Below are positions 10,292 through 19,975 of a stretch of DNA of 54,697 nucleotides, in pieces. Position 1 is the first letter of the stretch. Each line of letters starts with the position of its first letter. Source of the DNA: a virus (lineage: Duplodnaviria; Caudoviricetes); the IMG/VR virus record IMGVR_UViG_3300049926_000074, positions 1 through 54,697 of that record; one strand, given 5' to 3'. A program made the translations under genes and the position numbers. The notes under the pieces were generated by a model. It saw only the letters and a list, made by a program, of their open reading frames with translations, was not told the DNA's origin and searched no databases.

Positions 10292-10783
10292 TTAGCCTTT
10301 CGTGCGTACGTCGATGCGCTTCGCCATGCCGTCCATGGCTTTCTGTGCCGCCTGCCGCGCAGCCGGTTTGAACTTCGAGATGGTGTCGTCGAACCAGCCC
10401 GGCTTGCCGCGCTGTGTCACCCACACGTCCTGGCCGAATACCTGGTGTCGCCAGCCGCGCGCCTCGTTCAGCCGCTTCGGGGCGTTGTTGAAGCCGCGCG
10501 GCATGCCGAGCTTGTCGGCGCGGATGGAGACACCCGGATGCTTGCCGGTGAGACGAACCCGGATACGGGTGTGGTCAGCCACCGTGGTTCGCAGCCCTGG
10601 CAGGACTTCGCTGCTGCTTTCCATGCCGAGCAGCGACGCCTTCGCCGCCTCCAGTGCCGGCTTGGCGACGTCCTCCAGCTCGTGCACCAGGTCGCGATCG
10701 AGGGCTTGCCCGTCAGACTCCGCACGCAACGCGGTGACCAACCGGGCGAGACTCCTCTCGTCGACCTCGATGCGTTCGATCAT
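10292..10783 (-). CDS. Neck/tail completion protein (HK97 gp10-like)
   Basis: GWRHQVFGQDVWVTQ..PGWFD; TGATG overlap with the tube gene. Confidence 0.7.
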   Translation of the reverse strand: MIERIEVDERSLARLVTALRAESDGQALDRDLVHELEDVAKPALEAAKASLLGMESSSEVLPGLRTTVADHTRIRVRLTGKHPGVSIRADKLGMPRGFNNAPKRLNEARGWRHQVFGQDVWVTQRGKPGWFDDTISKFKPAARQAAQKAMDGMAKRIDVRTKG

Positions 10784-11199
10784 CAGGTCGAGGTGACTCG
10801 AGTCATCGGGCCCGACAGGTTGAAGGTGACGTCGACCTCGGCCACATCGCCGACTGAGCCGCTGATCGGCTTCCAGTTGCTGATCAGGATGTTGCCGCCG
10901 TACTGCGGGTTGGCGGTGGACACGATCGCCGAAGACGTGGGCCGGATCTTGAACGCCACGATCGAACGGCGCAGCGCCCACATCGCGGAGTCGAGCGCGG
11001 AAGCGGCGTAGTCGTTCTTGAACGTGATCCCGATCGACCCGGACTCGAGTCCTGCCAACAGTTCCTTGGCGCTGCCGGATCCGTATGTGGTGGTGTCCTT
11101 CTCCTCGAACTTGTCGTCCAGGTCCGCTTTGGACACGGACGCCGTGCGGTCGACGCCGTTGATTTCGACGTAGCAGTCAAGCAGCACCTGCTTGGCCAT
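10783..11199 (-). CDS. Tail tube protein
   Basis: DTTTYGS..LAGLES, NPQYGG, GSVGDVA motifs. Confidence 0.8.
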   Translation of the reverse strand: MAKQVLLDCYVEINGVDRTASVSKADLDDKFEEKDTTTYGSGSAKELLAGLESGSIGITFKNDYAASALDSAMWALRRSIVAFKIRPTSSAIVSTANPQYGGNILISNWKPISGSVGDVAEVDVTFNLSGPMTRVTST

Positions 11200-11264
11200 G
11201 GGTGCCTCCCGGGCATGGTTGTTGCCCGGACCGAGGTCGGCCGGGTGATGGTGGTGGGTGCGGT

Positions 11265-12011
11265 TTAGGCGATGCCGATGGCGGCGACGGCGAGGAACGA
11301 CATGCCGACACCGCCGTTGTCCGTGACGTCGAAGACGGCCCGGTACCAGGTGTGCGCGTTGGCACCCAGCGCGGTCCGAGTGATCTGTCCACCCACGGCC
11401 GAGACCGTGGTGAACGTCAGACGGGTCGTCGGCGAAGAGAAGGCGTTAGACGACGCGGACTGGATCGTGCAGGCGATCGTCGGCGCGAGTGTGCCCGCCA
11501 CGGACAGAACGTGCAGCGATGCGTAGACCCGCTGCGTCGCGGACGTGGCGCCAAGGTTCAGGCCCGTCCCGTTGCCGTCAGCGACGATGGCCGTACCGGG
11601 CGGCTGTGTGATCTGGCCCCGAACCAGCGGCCACGATCCGCCGGCGGTCAGCGTCCACGGGAAGACCTCACCGACCTGGCCGAACAGCTTGCTGTCCAGC
11701 CGTAGCGCCTGGGTCAGGTAGGCGTAGGCGCTGGCGTCCGCCGTCTCCGGCCCGATCGTCCACGCCTCGATGACGCGCCGGTTGGCCCACATCTCATCGT
11801 CGATCTTCCCCGGGTCGCCCGCGTCCCACAGACCCTCGGCGCCGATGGCCACCGTCTCGAGGCCGGCGAGGAGTTCCTCCGCGCCGCCGGAGCCGTAGGT
11901 GGTGGCCTTCTTCTCATCCATCGAGTCGACGAGCTCAATCTTGTTGCTCTGGCCCGTCAGGTCAGCCGGACCCACGAACGCCCGGACGTTGAGCAGCACC
12001 TGCTTAGCCAT
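11265..12011 (-). CDS. Tail-tube paralog with extra C-terminal domain
   Basis: Same MAKQVLL start and TTYGSG..ELLAGLE as the downstream tube gene. Confidence 0.7.
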   Translation of the reverse strand: MAKQVLLNVRAFVGPADLTGQSNKIELVDSMDEKKATTYGSGGAEELLAGLETVAIGAEGLWDAGDPGKIDDEMWANRRVIEAWTIGPETADASAYAYLTQALRLDSKLFGQVGEVFPWTLTAGGSWPLVRGQITQPPGTAIVADGNGTGLNLGATSATQRVYASLHVLSVAGTLAPTIACTIQSASSNAFSSPTTRLTFTTVSAVGGQITRTALGANAHTWYRAVFDVTDNGGVGMSFLAVAAIGIA

Positions 12012-12014
12012 TGG

Positions 12015-12446
12015 TCACCCCATCACGAAGACTGTGAATTCGAGCCCGTAGTACTGCTCCGCGCCGATCGTGAACAGCCGCGGTCCCTGCACCCGGCGCA
12101 GATACAGGTCGTCGCAGGCTCCGCTCAGCGCGCTCTGTCCTGGTGCGCCGCGCATGCTGTCAAACGCCGCGGCGATCGTCGACTCGCCGGTCGACGCCAG
12201 CCTGCGGATCTGCTGCTGTCCGCTCCGGTCGTCGGCCCGGGCCAGCATCAGGCGGCACGTGAGTGTCATCTCCATGAGGCTGTTGAACGACTTCTTGTAC
12301 TCGCCGGTGAACTCGGCCGTGAAGAAGTGCGGCGCGGTCAAGGCGTCCGGCGCGAACGGCGTGGCCGTGAGGCCATGTCCAGCCACCGTCAGCTCGGCGG
12401 CGGTGATGTTCGCGGCGATGGCTACGCATACAGCGTCGAGGTCCAT
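12015..12446 (-). CDS. Tail terminator / head-tail joining protein
   Basis: Position; LSGACDDLYL..YYGLEFTV. Confidence 0.7.
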   Translation of the reverse strand: MDLDAVCVAIAANITAAELTVAGHGLTATPFAPDALTAPHFFTAEFTGEYKKSFNSLMEMTLTCRLMLARADDRSGQQQIRRLASTGESTIAAAFDSMRGAPGQSALSGACDDLYLRRVQGPRLFTIGAEQYYGLEFTVFVMG

Positions 12447-13309
12447 CAGGCGGCCGAGAAATCGGTGTGCAGGTAGGCCAGTTGGGCCTTGACGTCGGGG
12501 TCCAGGTTCGGCACCCGAACCAGGCCCCAGTCCGAGTTGCCGGCGACGCCCTCGGGACTGTCCTTGCGACGGAACAGCCGGGAGGCCTGCAGCAGCGTCG
12601 CCTCGGCCACGGCGGTGGGCACGGCCGGCCAGCCCCAGCGGGCGGTGACACGAACCCGACGGTTGCGGCTCCACTCGCAGTTCAGCGCCACCAGCCACTC
12701 GATCGCTTCGAGCCTCGCCAGGGCGTTGTCCGGATACGTCTCGAAGCCGGTCAGCGAAGTCCAGGTGGTGCCATCGCCAACCTCGACGAGGATGCCGGCC
12801 GCGTCGGCACCAATGCTGTCGACGCGCAGGCGTTCGGTGCCGTCACGATGGCTTTGGACAATCCGGCCAGCGGTCGAGTACGTACGTACGCTCGCCGTGG
12901 TGTCGAGGTAGAAGCGGCGATCGTCGCAGTACTTCTCGACGCTCCGCGACGCGCTGTCGAGCTTCTCGGTCAGCAAGTCGTCGCGGGTGAGATCTTCGAT
13001 GTTAAGTGTGAACTTCAGTCGGGCGAGCGAGGCGTACAGGGCGGGCGCCGGATCGCCCGCATAGACCTCGCCGCGGTCGATATCTGTCACCGTGCCGCTG
13101 ACGTCCCACCGCCAGGACCAGGTACCCACGACGGTGAGTTCGAAGCTCGCGTCGTAGATGTTGGGCGCGGTCGGCGTGACAGTCGGAGTCGAGGAGGTGC
13201 CGTCCGGCGCGGTCACCGTGAGGACGACGGTAGCGGTGGTGGCCACGCCGGCCGCGTACGCCAGGTACTGCACGTTGACGCGATCGCCGACGTCCATTGT
13301 GGTGGTCAT
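12446..13309 (-). CDS. Head-tail connector (gp6-like) with N-terminal beta-sandwich extension
   Basis: YASLARLK, ASRSVEKYCD, VRVTARWGWPAVP, LDPDV. Confidence 0.85.
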   Translation of the reverse strand: MTTTMDVGDRVNVQYLAYAAGVATTATVVLTVTAPDGTSSTPTVTPTAPNIYDASFELTVVGTWSWRWDVSGTVTDIDRGEVYAGDPAPALYASLARLKFTLNIEDLTRDDLLTEKLDSASRSVEKYCDDRRFYLDTTASVRTYSTAGRIVQSHRDGTERLRVDSIGADAAGILVEVGDGTTWTSLTGFETYPDNALARLEAIEWLVALNCEWSRNRRVRVTARWGWPAVPTAVAEATLLQASRLFRRKDSPEGVAGNSDWGLVRVPNLDPDVKAQLAYLHTDFSAA

Positions 13310-14253
13310 AGCACGCCTCCTCTCGTCTGCGCGGTGAAGGTGCCCTCGGTGGTCTGGGAGACGAAGGTCTCGGTTCGCGTGGATGACGTCATGGGCGACC
13401 CGGTCCCGACACTGAGCACCGGGTCGACGTGGAGTCCGTCATTCCCGTGACCCATAAAGACGAACGCTCGGCGCGGCGACGACTGGCTGGCCACGACCAC
13501 GGGCGCCGGTGTTGGCGGCGTCCTGAAGTCCTCGAGGGAGGACCGGACCACGATCGCCGTCGAAATGGTGCGCTTCGGTTGGGCAGTCACCACCAGTGGT
13601 GACGGTGTCGACAGGTCTTGAAGCGACGGCGACCGCAACGTCAGCACCGTGGCCGCGGTGCGTTTCGGTTGGGTCGTAACCACGATCGGCGTGGGTGTCG
13701 TGGAGGAGACCCCGACGGCATCGAACAGCAGGTCGACGAAGTAGCACGTGCCGTTGCCGCTGGTGCTCGGGTAGTTGTTCGACGCTGAGTTGGCGCGGAA
13801 CACGCCCTGTCTAAGCGCGCCCAGCAGGACGGGGTCATCGCCGTTTGCGTCGGCCGTGAGATGGCCGCTGACCAAGTCGGCGGTGAAGAAGGTCAGTGTG
13901 GTGACGTAGCGGCCGGCGCTGTTGTTGATCGAGGCTCTGTACACCTTGCCGGTAACCACCGACACGGGCACCGTGAGTGCGATCGTGTTCCAGGTTCCGG
14001 CGGTGATCGAGCCGGACGCGACAGTCGACGTCACCCCGACCCGGGTACCAGCCGGTGCGCTGTCGGCGGCCTGGACCTCCCACAGTTCGCCGACGTAGTT
14101 GCCGGATACCGTGGACGTCGCGTAGAAGCGGATCGCGGTGACGGTACCGCTGACGGAGAACCGTATGCCCGTCGCCGTCGTGATGCCTGACGCGCCGCCG
14201 TCGGAGTTGTTGGCACCGGATGGGGTTTGAGCGGCGAACAGCGACTCCGACAT
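13306..14253 (-). CDS. DUF4082-like virion protein with Thr/Pro-rich repeats
   Basis: GIRFSVSGTVTAIRFY, GTWNTIAL, CYFVDLLF; three TPxP(I/L/V)VV repeats. Confidence 0.7.
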   Translation of the reverse strand: MSESLFAAQTPSGANNSDGGASGITTATGIRFSVSGTVTAIRFYATSTVSGNYVGELWEVQAADSAPAGTRVGVTSTVASGSITAGTWNTIALTVPVSVVTGKVYRASINNSAGRYVTTLTFFTADLVSGHLTADANGDDPVLLGALRQGVFRANSASNNYPSTSGNGTCYFVDLLFDAVGVSSTTPTPIVVTTQPKRTAATVLTLRSPSLQDLSTPSPLVVTAQPKRTISTAIVVRSSLEDFRTPPTPAPVVVASQSSPRRAFVFMGHGNDGLHVDPVLSVGTGSPMTSSTRTETFVSQTTEGTFTAQTRGGVL

Positions 14254-14259
14254 CGGAGG

Positions 14260-14733
14260 CTAGGCCCTCTCGAACACCATGGTCGCCCGCACGTTCACGA
14301 TCGCCGACGCGGTGCAACGCAGCACGAGACCGGTCGACACCGCGGTGTCGAAAGTCTGACCCTGCGCCCAGTCGCGGACGATCAGGCCACCGTTCGGGGT
14401 GAGGGTGAACGAGTCGATCGCGGTGAGCACGGTCGGTTCGGACGTGCTCGCGTAGAACCCGGTGAAGCCGGCCGTGATGCTGCGGCCGTAGACCTGGTTC
14501 ACGGTGCCCGTGCTGTTGGCGGTGCCTGGCGTCGAGTTGGTCGCGAGGGTTGACGTCATGATCTCGCAGAGCACCGGGGTATTCGAGGCGGTAACCCCAT
14601 CGAACCCGATCTCGATGGTGCGGAGGTCAATACCGAAGCTCGCGGGTGCGATGACACACAGGACGGTCTTGGCGGTAGCCGCGGCAAGAGCCACGGCGGC
14701 ACCGGTTTGGAGTGAGTAGCCAGCCTTGGCCAT
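14260..14733 (-). CDS. Putative virion structural protein
   Basis: Beta-rich, Ala/Thr-rich; in structural operon with GAGG RBS. Confidence 0.6.
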   Translation of the reverse strand: MAKAGYSLQTGAAVALAAATAKTVLCVIAPASFGIDLRTIEIGFDGVTASNTPVLCEIMTSTLATNSTPGTANSTGTVNQVYGRSITAGFTGFYASTSEPTVLTAIDSFTLTPNGGLIVRDWAQGQTFDTAVSTGLVLRCTASAIVNVRATMVFERA

Positions 14734-14734
14734 G

Positions 14735-15619
14735 TCAGTTGCCTCTCGTCATCAGTTCGATCATTTCCTCGAGGCCGGTCTCCGGACTCCAGTCGAGATC
14801 CTGCGCGAATCCGTTGCCGTCCCAGGCGATGCGGCTGGGCGCGATCTCGTCGAGGATCTTCGGCGCGGCCGGATCCACGTCGACCGCGTCGAACCACGAC
14901 AGGCCAACGGCGCGCAGCGCCGCCTCGGTCAGGTCGCGTACTGAGTGCTGCGTCCGCGTACACACGATCCAGTCGCCTGGTTCGTCCTGCTCGCCGATGC
15001 GTTGCAGCGCCCGCATGTAGTCCGGCGCGTAGCCCCAGTCCCGTCGGGAGCGCACATCACCGAGGACCAGGCGCTCACCGCTGCCGGCGGCGATACGGGC
15101 GATGGTCGAGCAGATCCGCCGCGCCAGGAACCGGGGGTCCTGCCGCGGCGAGGTGTGGCTGAACAGCACTGCGTTCGAGCAGTGCAGCACGCCGCGATAC
15201 CCGACCAGGGCGTCGTGCGCCAGCACCTTCGCCGAGCCGTACAGCCCGTACCGGTTCGGCTCGAACACCGCCGACGACGAGGCATGCACCAGGCGCGCAT
15301 TCGGAGCCTCGCGCACCATCGCGTCCAGCAGGCGGACCACGCCGACGCCGGACACCTCGGCCAGTAACGGTGGTTGAGGTGTGCCCCACCTTCCGCCGGG
15401 CGAGGTGACTGCGGCGAGGTTGTAGACCACGTCCGGCTTGGTTGTCCGGAGCGCGGTCTCCAACGACTCCTGATCGAGCAGGTCGCCAGACACGAGGCGG
15501 GCGGATGAGGTGGCGTTGTTCCGCCGCACCATGCCGAAGACCCCGTGACCATCGGCGAGGAGTTGCTCCGCCAGGTAGCTGCCGTCCTGGCCTGTCACTC
15601 CGAGGATGAGCGCTCTCAC
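14735..15619 (-). CDS. gmd: GDP-mannose 4,6-dehydratase-like SDR
   Basis: GVTGQDGSYL, VYNLAA, YGSAK, RDWGYAPDY. Confidence 0.85.
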   Translation of the reverse strand: MRALILGVTGQDGSYLAEQLLADGHGVFGMVRRNNATSSARLVSGDLLDQESLETALRTTKPDVVYNLAAVTSPGGRWGTPQPPLLAEVSGVGVVRLLDAMVREAPNARLVHASSSAVFEPNRYGLYGSAKVLAHDALVGYRGVLHCSNAVLFSHTSPRQDPRFLARRICSTIARIAAGSGERLVLGDVRSRRDWGYAPDYMRALQRIGEQDEPGDWIVCTRTQHSVRDLTEAALRAVGLSWFDAVDVDPAAPKILDEIAPSRIAWDGNGFAQDLDWSPETGLEEMIELMTRGN

Positions 15620-16812
15620 AGCAGCACCGGCCCGGGTATCGGGACGATCCAACGGTTGCCCGGGTTGGCGCTCATGATGGCGCGTGCGTAGTTCCAGGCC
15701 GAGAGCAAGTACGCGCTGGGCTGGTTCGCGGCGCGCTCTGTGACGCTCGGCGCCACGATCGGAATGCCAGTGCCAGGGATGAACCGCCCCTGCTTTGCCG
15801 GCGTCGAGTCCACACACCAACGGACCGTCGAGACATTCAGGCCGCAGAAGCTGAGCAGCGTCGTCAACTTGGCTGGCGCACCGTACGCCGCGATCGGGCC
15901 GCTCTGCTCGGCCAGCAGATCCAGAAGCCGCATACAGATCCGCTCGGCCCGGCCCTGCATGCCCTCGTAGGCACCGAAGGAATTGAGCCACAACTCCGAG
16001 CGCCGGATCGTCGAGACGATTGGGGTTGGCAAGTCGTTGCGGTGCGACAGCGTCGCTCGCAGCGAGCCGCCCTGTCTGTCGGTGAGTTCGGCATCGACGA
16101 CATAGAGCCCGTGCCTGCTGGCCGCATGCTCCAGGCTGGTCAGCGAGAAGAAGTTGCGGTGCTCGTGGTACACGAGGTCGAAGGCGTTGTTGACGATCAG
16201 GTCAGGCAGGTACTGCACCTCGACGAACCCGACCGTATGGTCGCCCATGAGGTGCGCCACGCCGGCCAGAAAGTCGGACACTTCCTCGACATGTGCAAGA
16301 ACATGGTTCGCAATGACTACACCGGGCCCGGCCGGGAACTCTTCGGCCACCAGGTCCCTGGCGACCTCGAGGCCGAACGCTTCTGGCGCCACGTTGAGTC
16401 CGCGCTCGGCAGCGACATCGACGGGTCCGGTCGATGGGTCAATGCCGAGGTGTCGTACGTGACCGAAATGCTGCAAGAGGTCGCCGTCGTTACAACCGAT
16501 CTCGACCACACCAGCGCGCACCCGGTCCGGGTAACGCGCTAGTACGTCGTCGGCGTACGCCTTGTGATATGCCGACAGCGGCGCGCTGGCCGAGGAGTAG
16601 AAGCTGTAGCCGGTGCCGAACAGCACGTTCGCCGGGACGACCTCCAGTAGCTGCACAAGCCGGCACTTGGCGCACACCGCGACCTGCAGCGGGTACGTCG
16701 GCGACACCTCGTCGGCGGTGGCGGTGTAGGCGTCGGCGATCGGCGACATGCCGAGGTCAAGGAACTGGTCCAGGTCCGTGTGGCCGCACGCGGCACAGGA
16801 GGTGCGCTTCAC
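15616..16812 (-). CDS. NDP-hexose C-methyltransferase (Zn-binding N-terminus, SAM domain)
   Basis: CAAC..FLDLG..CAKCRLVQL, EIGCNDG, YHEH, AYGAPAK, KQGRFIPGTGIPI. Confidence 0.9.
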   Translation of the reverse strand: MKRTSCAACGHTDLDQFLDLGMSPIADAYTATADEVSPTYPLQVAVCAKCRLVQLLEVVPANVLFGTGYSFYSSASAPLSAYHKAYADDVLARYPDRVRAGVVEIGCNDGDLLQHFGHVRHLGIDPSTGPVDVAAERGLNVAPEAFGLEVARDLVAEEFPAGPGVVIANHVLAHVEEVSDFLAGVAHLMGDHTVGFVEVQYLPDLIVNNAFDLVYHEHRNFFSLTSLEHAASRHGLYVVDAELTDRQGGSLRATLSHRNDLPTPIVSTIRRSELWLNSFGAYEGMQGRAERICMRLLDLLAEQSGPIAAYGAPAKLTTLLSFCGLNVSTVRWCVDSTPAKQGRFIPGTGIPIVAPSVTERAANQPSAYLLSAWNYARAIMSANPGNRWIVPIPGPVLL

Positions 16813-17426
16813 GACTCCTCCCACTTGGCCTGGAAGATGCCCTCCGCGACGTCCCACGCCTCGGCGATCTCGGGCGACTTGAACCCGATCGTGCTGTGGT
16901 GGTGCGTGTCCACGTCGGCCACCACCACCCGCTTGCCGTCCTCAAGGGCGGTCAGGCAGACGTCGTCGTAGCCCAGGAATCCCGGGTACCGAGTGTCGAA
17001 GCGCAGGTTCTCGATCGCCCACGGCGAGAACACCATGATGCTGCCCTCGATGAAGGCCACGTCGCCGGTGCGCGGGCCGAAGTCGAGCATCCCCGAGTCG
17101 GTCATCTGGCGGCCGACGGTTTCCGACTCCCACCACGCCAGCGACTTGCAGCCCTTGCCGCCGCAAACTCCGACCATGGCGACGTCCGGGTCGGCCAGGG
17201 CGTCGAGGAACTTGGCCTCGGCGTCCGGGTCGACGATCTCCAGGTCATCGTGGAGCAGGATTACGGCGTCCAGGTCGCGACCCTGGTAGGAGTCGAGGAT
17301 GGTGTTGTACGCGACCGTGAGCTGCGTCTGTCCGGAAAGGCCAAGGAGTGGACGGCCGCTCGTGCGGGGGATGACGTTGCGGCGCAGCTTCTCCCACGAA
17401 CCGACACAGGTGCCGTACCCGATCAC
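16809..17426 (-). CDS. Glycosyltransferase (GT-A fold)
   Basis: AYN..LLHDD, VGVCG, FD..F.GYDDVC. Confidence 0.8.
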   Translation of the reverse strand: MIGYGTCVGSWEKLRRNVIPRTSGRPLLGLSGQTQLTVAYNTILDSYQGRDLDAVILLHDDLEIVDPDAEAKFLDALADPDVAMVGVCGGKGCKSLAWWESETVGRQMTDSGMLDFGPRTGDVAFIEGSIMVFSPWAIENLRFDTRYPGFLGYDDVCLTALEDGKRVVVADVDTHHHSTIGFKSPEIAEAWDVAEGIFQAKWEES

Positions 17427-18946
17427 CGGTCCGCCCACTTCTTCTCGAAGGTGACCCGGTCGGCCTCCGCCTGCTCGGCCAGGACACCCACCGTCGACTG
17501 GACCGCGTTGGCGTTGATGACCAGCGGCCCGGGCGCGGCCAACACGCCGCCAGCATCGATCAATTGGCGTGCGAAGTCGTCGTCCCCGTACCACCACCGG
17601 AAGGATTCATCCGCCCGAACACCAAGCTCGCCGGCCGTCACGAACGCCCATGGACACATCCGCTTCTCGTGCGGGTACGGGTACTCGGTGACCAGTTCAT
17701 GGCGATGAACCGGAACTGTGCCTGTGTGTGCTGCCGCGAAAACAACTTCGTCACCGGGAGGTCGAAGCACCGTCGCGCAGACATCGAACCAGCCGGCGGG
17801 AACGATCGAGTCGTCGTTGAGAACGCCGATGTCCCAGCGTTCGTGGCCGGCGGCCTTCGCGTGCTCGGCCACGGCGTCGAACATGACGTTCCAGAATCGG
17901 TAGAGGTGCGGCGGCTGCTCGGGGTCGCGAAGGACCTCCACGACGGCGGGCAGTGCGGCCGGAGCGAGTTGCGCCCAGTCCACCGGCGGCTCCGACGCGT
18001 TGTCCAACACCACGATGTGGTCGACCTGCTTGCCCAGCGAACCCACCAGGGCAAGCAGCCGGTCCGGGCGGTTGTGAGTCGGGATGACCGCGTACCGGGG
18101 TACGGTCCGCTCCTCGGCCGGCAGGTTCTCGACCTCTTCCGGCGCCGGAGCCAAGGCCCGCTGCCGCCAGTAGTCCTGCTCCGACAGCCAGACGTTCTTG
18201 CGGTGCGTCGTCTGCACCCCGGTGTGGACGTGGACCGGGATCTCGACCCGCATCAGCCGCATACAGAACGACAGATCCTCGCCGACGAGCTCGCCCGTGG
18301 ATGGATTGGTCACCCGCGTGTACCAGGAGTCCCACCGCGGGTCGCCATCCTTGCGGACGTTCCCCTCGCGCTGGATTTCCTCGTAGGCGTCGCGCACCCG
18401 CTCGAAGACGGAGCGGTGGATCAGAATGCACGCCGAGCCAGTGCCACTCACCCGCGTCAGGGCATCGCGCGGGTAGTCCCAGCGAATCTGGAAACCGCCA
18501 CGGTCGCCCTCGAACGTCCAGTCCATGATGGTCGGCCACGCCACTGGTCGGTAGCCGCCAACACCATCGTGCTCACTCTCGCGCTGAGCGAAGCACATTC
18601 CGCCGACGATGGGTCGCTCAACCGGGTCGGCTGCGGCGAGCAGGCGGTCGATGGTGTCCGGCTCGAAGCCCATGTCAGTGTCGACCCACCACAACCAGTC
18701 GGCGTCGCCGGCGAGGAAGTCGAGCACCCCACCGTTGCGGGCCGCCGCCAGGTCGCCAGTGGTGCCCCGGCGGGCGACGAACCCACCCCGCCATACCCGA
18801 CCCGCGTTCGCGGCGTCGTAGCCCATCAGCTGGACGAAGGAGTGGAAGAAGGAGTAGTCCAGGCGGTCTTCGTGGACGTACGCCACGGCGACCGAGGGCC
18901 CCGGATCTGGCTCTGCCTTCTCAAGCTTGATTCGGTTCGACATCAC
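17423..18946 (-). CDS. Two-domain GT2-like glycosyltransferase
   Basis: Domain 1: ARN..WVDTDM..GEDLSFC; domain 2: VIPTHNR..LDNAS..LNDD..WWYGDDD. Confidence 0.85.
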   Translation of the reverse strand: MMSNRIKLEKAEPDPGPSVAVAYVHEDRLDYSFFHSFVQLMGYDAANAGRVWRGGFVARRGTTGDLAAARNGGVLDFLAGDADWLWWVDTDMGFEPDTIDRLLAAADPVERPIVGGMCFAQRESEHDGVGGYRPVAWPTIMDWTFEGDRGGFQIRWDYPRDALTRVSGTGSACILIHRSVFERVRDAYEEIQREGNVRKDGDPRWDSWYTRVTNPSTGELVGEDLSFCMRLMRVEIPVHVHTGVQTTHRKNVWLSEQDYWRQRALAPAPEEVENLPAEERTVPRYAVIPTHNRPDRLLALVGSLGKQVDHIVVLDNASEPPVDWAQLAPAALPAVVEVLRDPEQPPHLYRFWNVMFDAVAEHAKAAGHERWDIGVLNDDSIVPAGWFDVCATVLRPPGDEVVFAAAHTGTVPVHRHELVTEYPYPHEKRMCPWAFVTAGELGVRADESFRWWYGDDDFARQLIDAGGVLAAPGPLVINANAVQSTVGVLAEQAEADRVTFEKKWADR

Positions 18947-19018
18947 AGTCCTTTGAGGATGGTGCTGGATGGTTAACCTCCGGCCGACCGACCATCCAAA
19001 GCAGCCGGCCGGAGGGGA

Positions 19019-19195
19019 TCAGGTTTGTGCGGACTGTTGGCTCGCGGCGGCGACCATGGCGCAGATCAACTGCATCGCCTGTATCGATGTGAAACCCGCA
19101 CCGACATAGGCGGTGTACAACTCGTGCATCTGCGCAGCGCCCTCGGCGAGGGCCGTTATCGGCGACGGCGGCATGACGCTGGACTTCTCAGCCAC
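19019..19195 (-). CDS. Small phage protein (58 aa; not in ORF track)
   Basis: GAAGGA+GTG; MAEKSSVMPPSPITALAEGAAQMHELYTAYVGAGFT..QAMQL. Confidence 0.7.
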   Translation of the reverse strand: MAEKSSVMPPSPITALAEGAAQMHELYTAYVGAGFTSIQAMQLICAMVAAASQQSAQT

Positions 19196-19409
19196 CGTCC
19201 TTCACCTCAGTGCCGTCCAGGGTTTCCACGACGTCCAGGAGCCGCTCGTCGCCGAAGTAGCGGACGTGCAGCACGGGCACCATGCCCGGCTGAAGATCGA
19301 TCACGATGCGGCTGATCCGATGGGCGTCGGTGAGGATGCCGGCAGCAACGAGCGCGTCAGTGACCTTCTCGGACATGAGGAGCTTCGGACGGTCAGCCAC
19401 GGCGGGCAC
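19188..19409 (-). CDS. Hypothetical protein
   Basis: Fills operon gap; RIVIDL..GDERLLDV. Confidence 0.6.
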   Translation of the reverse strand: MPAVADRPKLLMSEKVTDALVAAGILTDAHRISRIVIDLQPGMVPVLHVRYFGDERLLDVVETLDGTEVKDGG

Positions 19410-19650
19410 TCCGCTTCTCGCCGGGGTTCGCGGTGGCCTCTTCGACCTCGTTCAGCTCCGCGTCGTACCCCGGCGGTGGCGAGGATGGCGAGTAGAAAAG
19501 CCCCCAGCGGGCGTCTGGTGAGAACAGGCCGGGGCGGGCGCGCACGACCGGGTCGGCCACTGGCCAGTGACTCCCCTTGATGACGGGCACACCCTCGCCA
19601 GAGGGAAGTGCGACGGTCTCCGAACCCATGGCGTAGACGACTTCGATCAT
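19393..19650 (-). CDS. Head-associated hypothetical protein
   Basis: DPVVRARPGLF and VEEATANPGEKR, typical of genes after actinophage capsids. Confidence 0.7.
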   Translation of the reverse strand: MIEVVYAMGSETVALPSGEGVPVIKGSHWPVADPVVRARPGLFSPDARWGLFYSPSSPPPGYDAELNEVEEATANPGEKRSARRG

Positions 19651-19667
19651 TGGATGGTTACCTTTCG

Positions 19668-19901
19668 TCAGGCTCGGTAGCCGAGCAGTGCGAGTTGTTC
19701 GTCGATGGCGGCGATCTCGGCGGAGTTGTCCGCCTCCTCCGACGGTGCTCCCATGAGATGTGCGCGTTTCGACGCCAGGAACTGCACGTCCGGGTTGCTG
19801 GAGCTTCCTGTCAGCAGCAGGGCTGGCGGGGACTCGACCGACTTTGCTGGTTTGGCGCTCTGAGACGTCCTGGTGGCCTTGTCGGCGTTGGTCAGGGCCA
19901 C
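19668..19901 (-). CDS. Head-associated hypothetical protein
   Basis: AAGGA+GTG; ends IAAIDEQLALLGY. Confidence 0.65.
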   Translation of the reverse strand: MALTNADKATRTSQSAKPAKSVESPPALLLTGSSSNPDVQFLASKRAHLMGAPSEEADNSAEIAAIDEQLALLGYRA

Positions 19902-19928
19902 GGCGTTTTCCTTTCATGGGGCATACAG

Positions 19929-19959
19929 AAGGCCCGGGAGGCGATGCCTTCCGGGCCTT
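19929..19959 (-). terminator. Hairpin after the capsid/HNH genes
   Basis: AAGGCCCGG / CCGGGCCTT stem. Confidence 0.65.
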
Positions 19960-19975
19960 GGGGTTGGTGCGAGAA

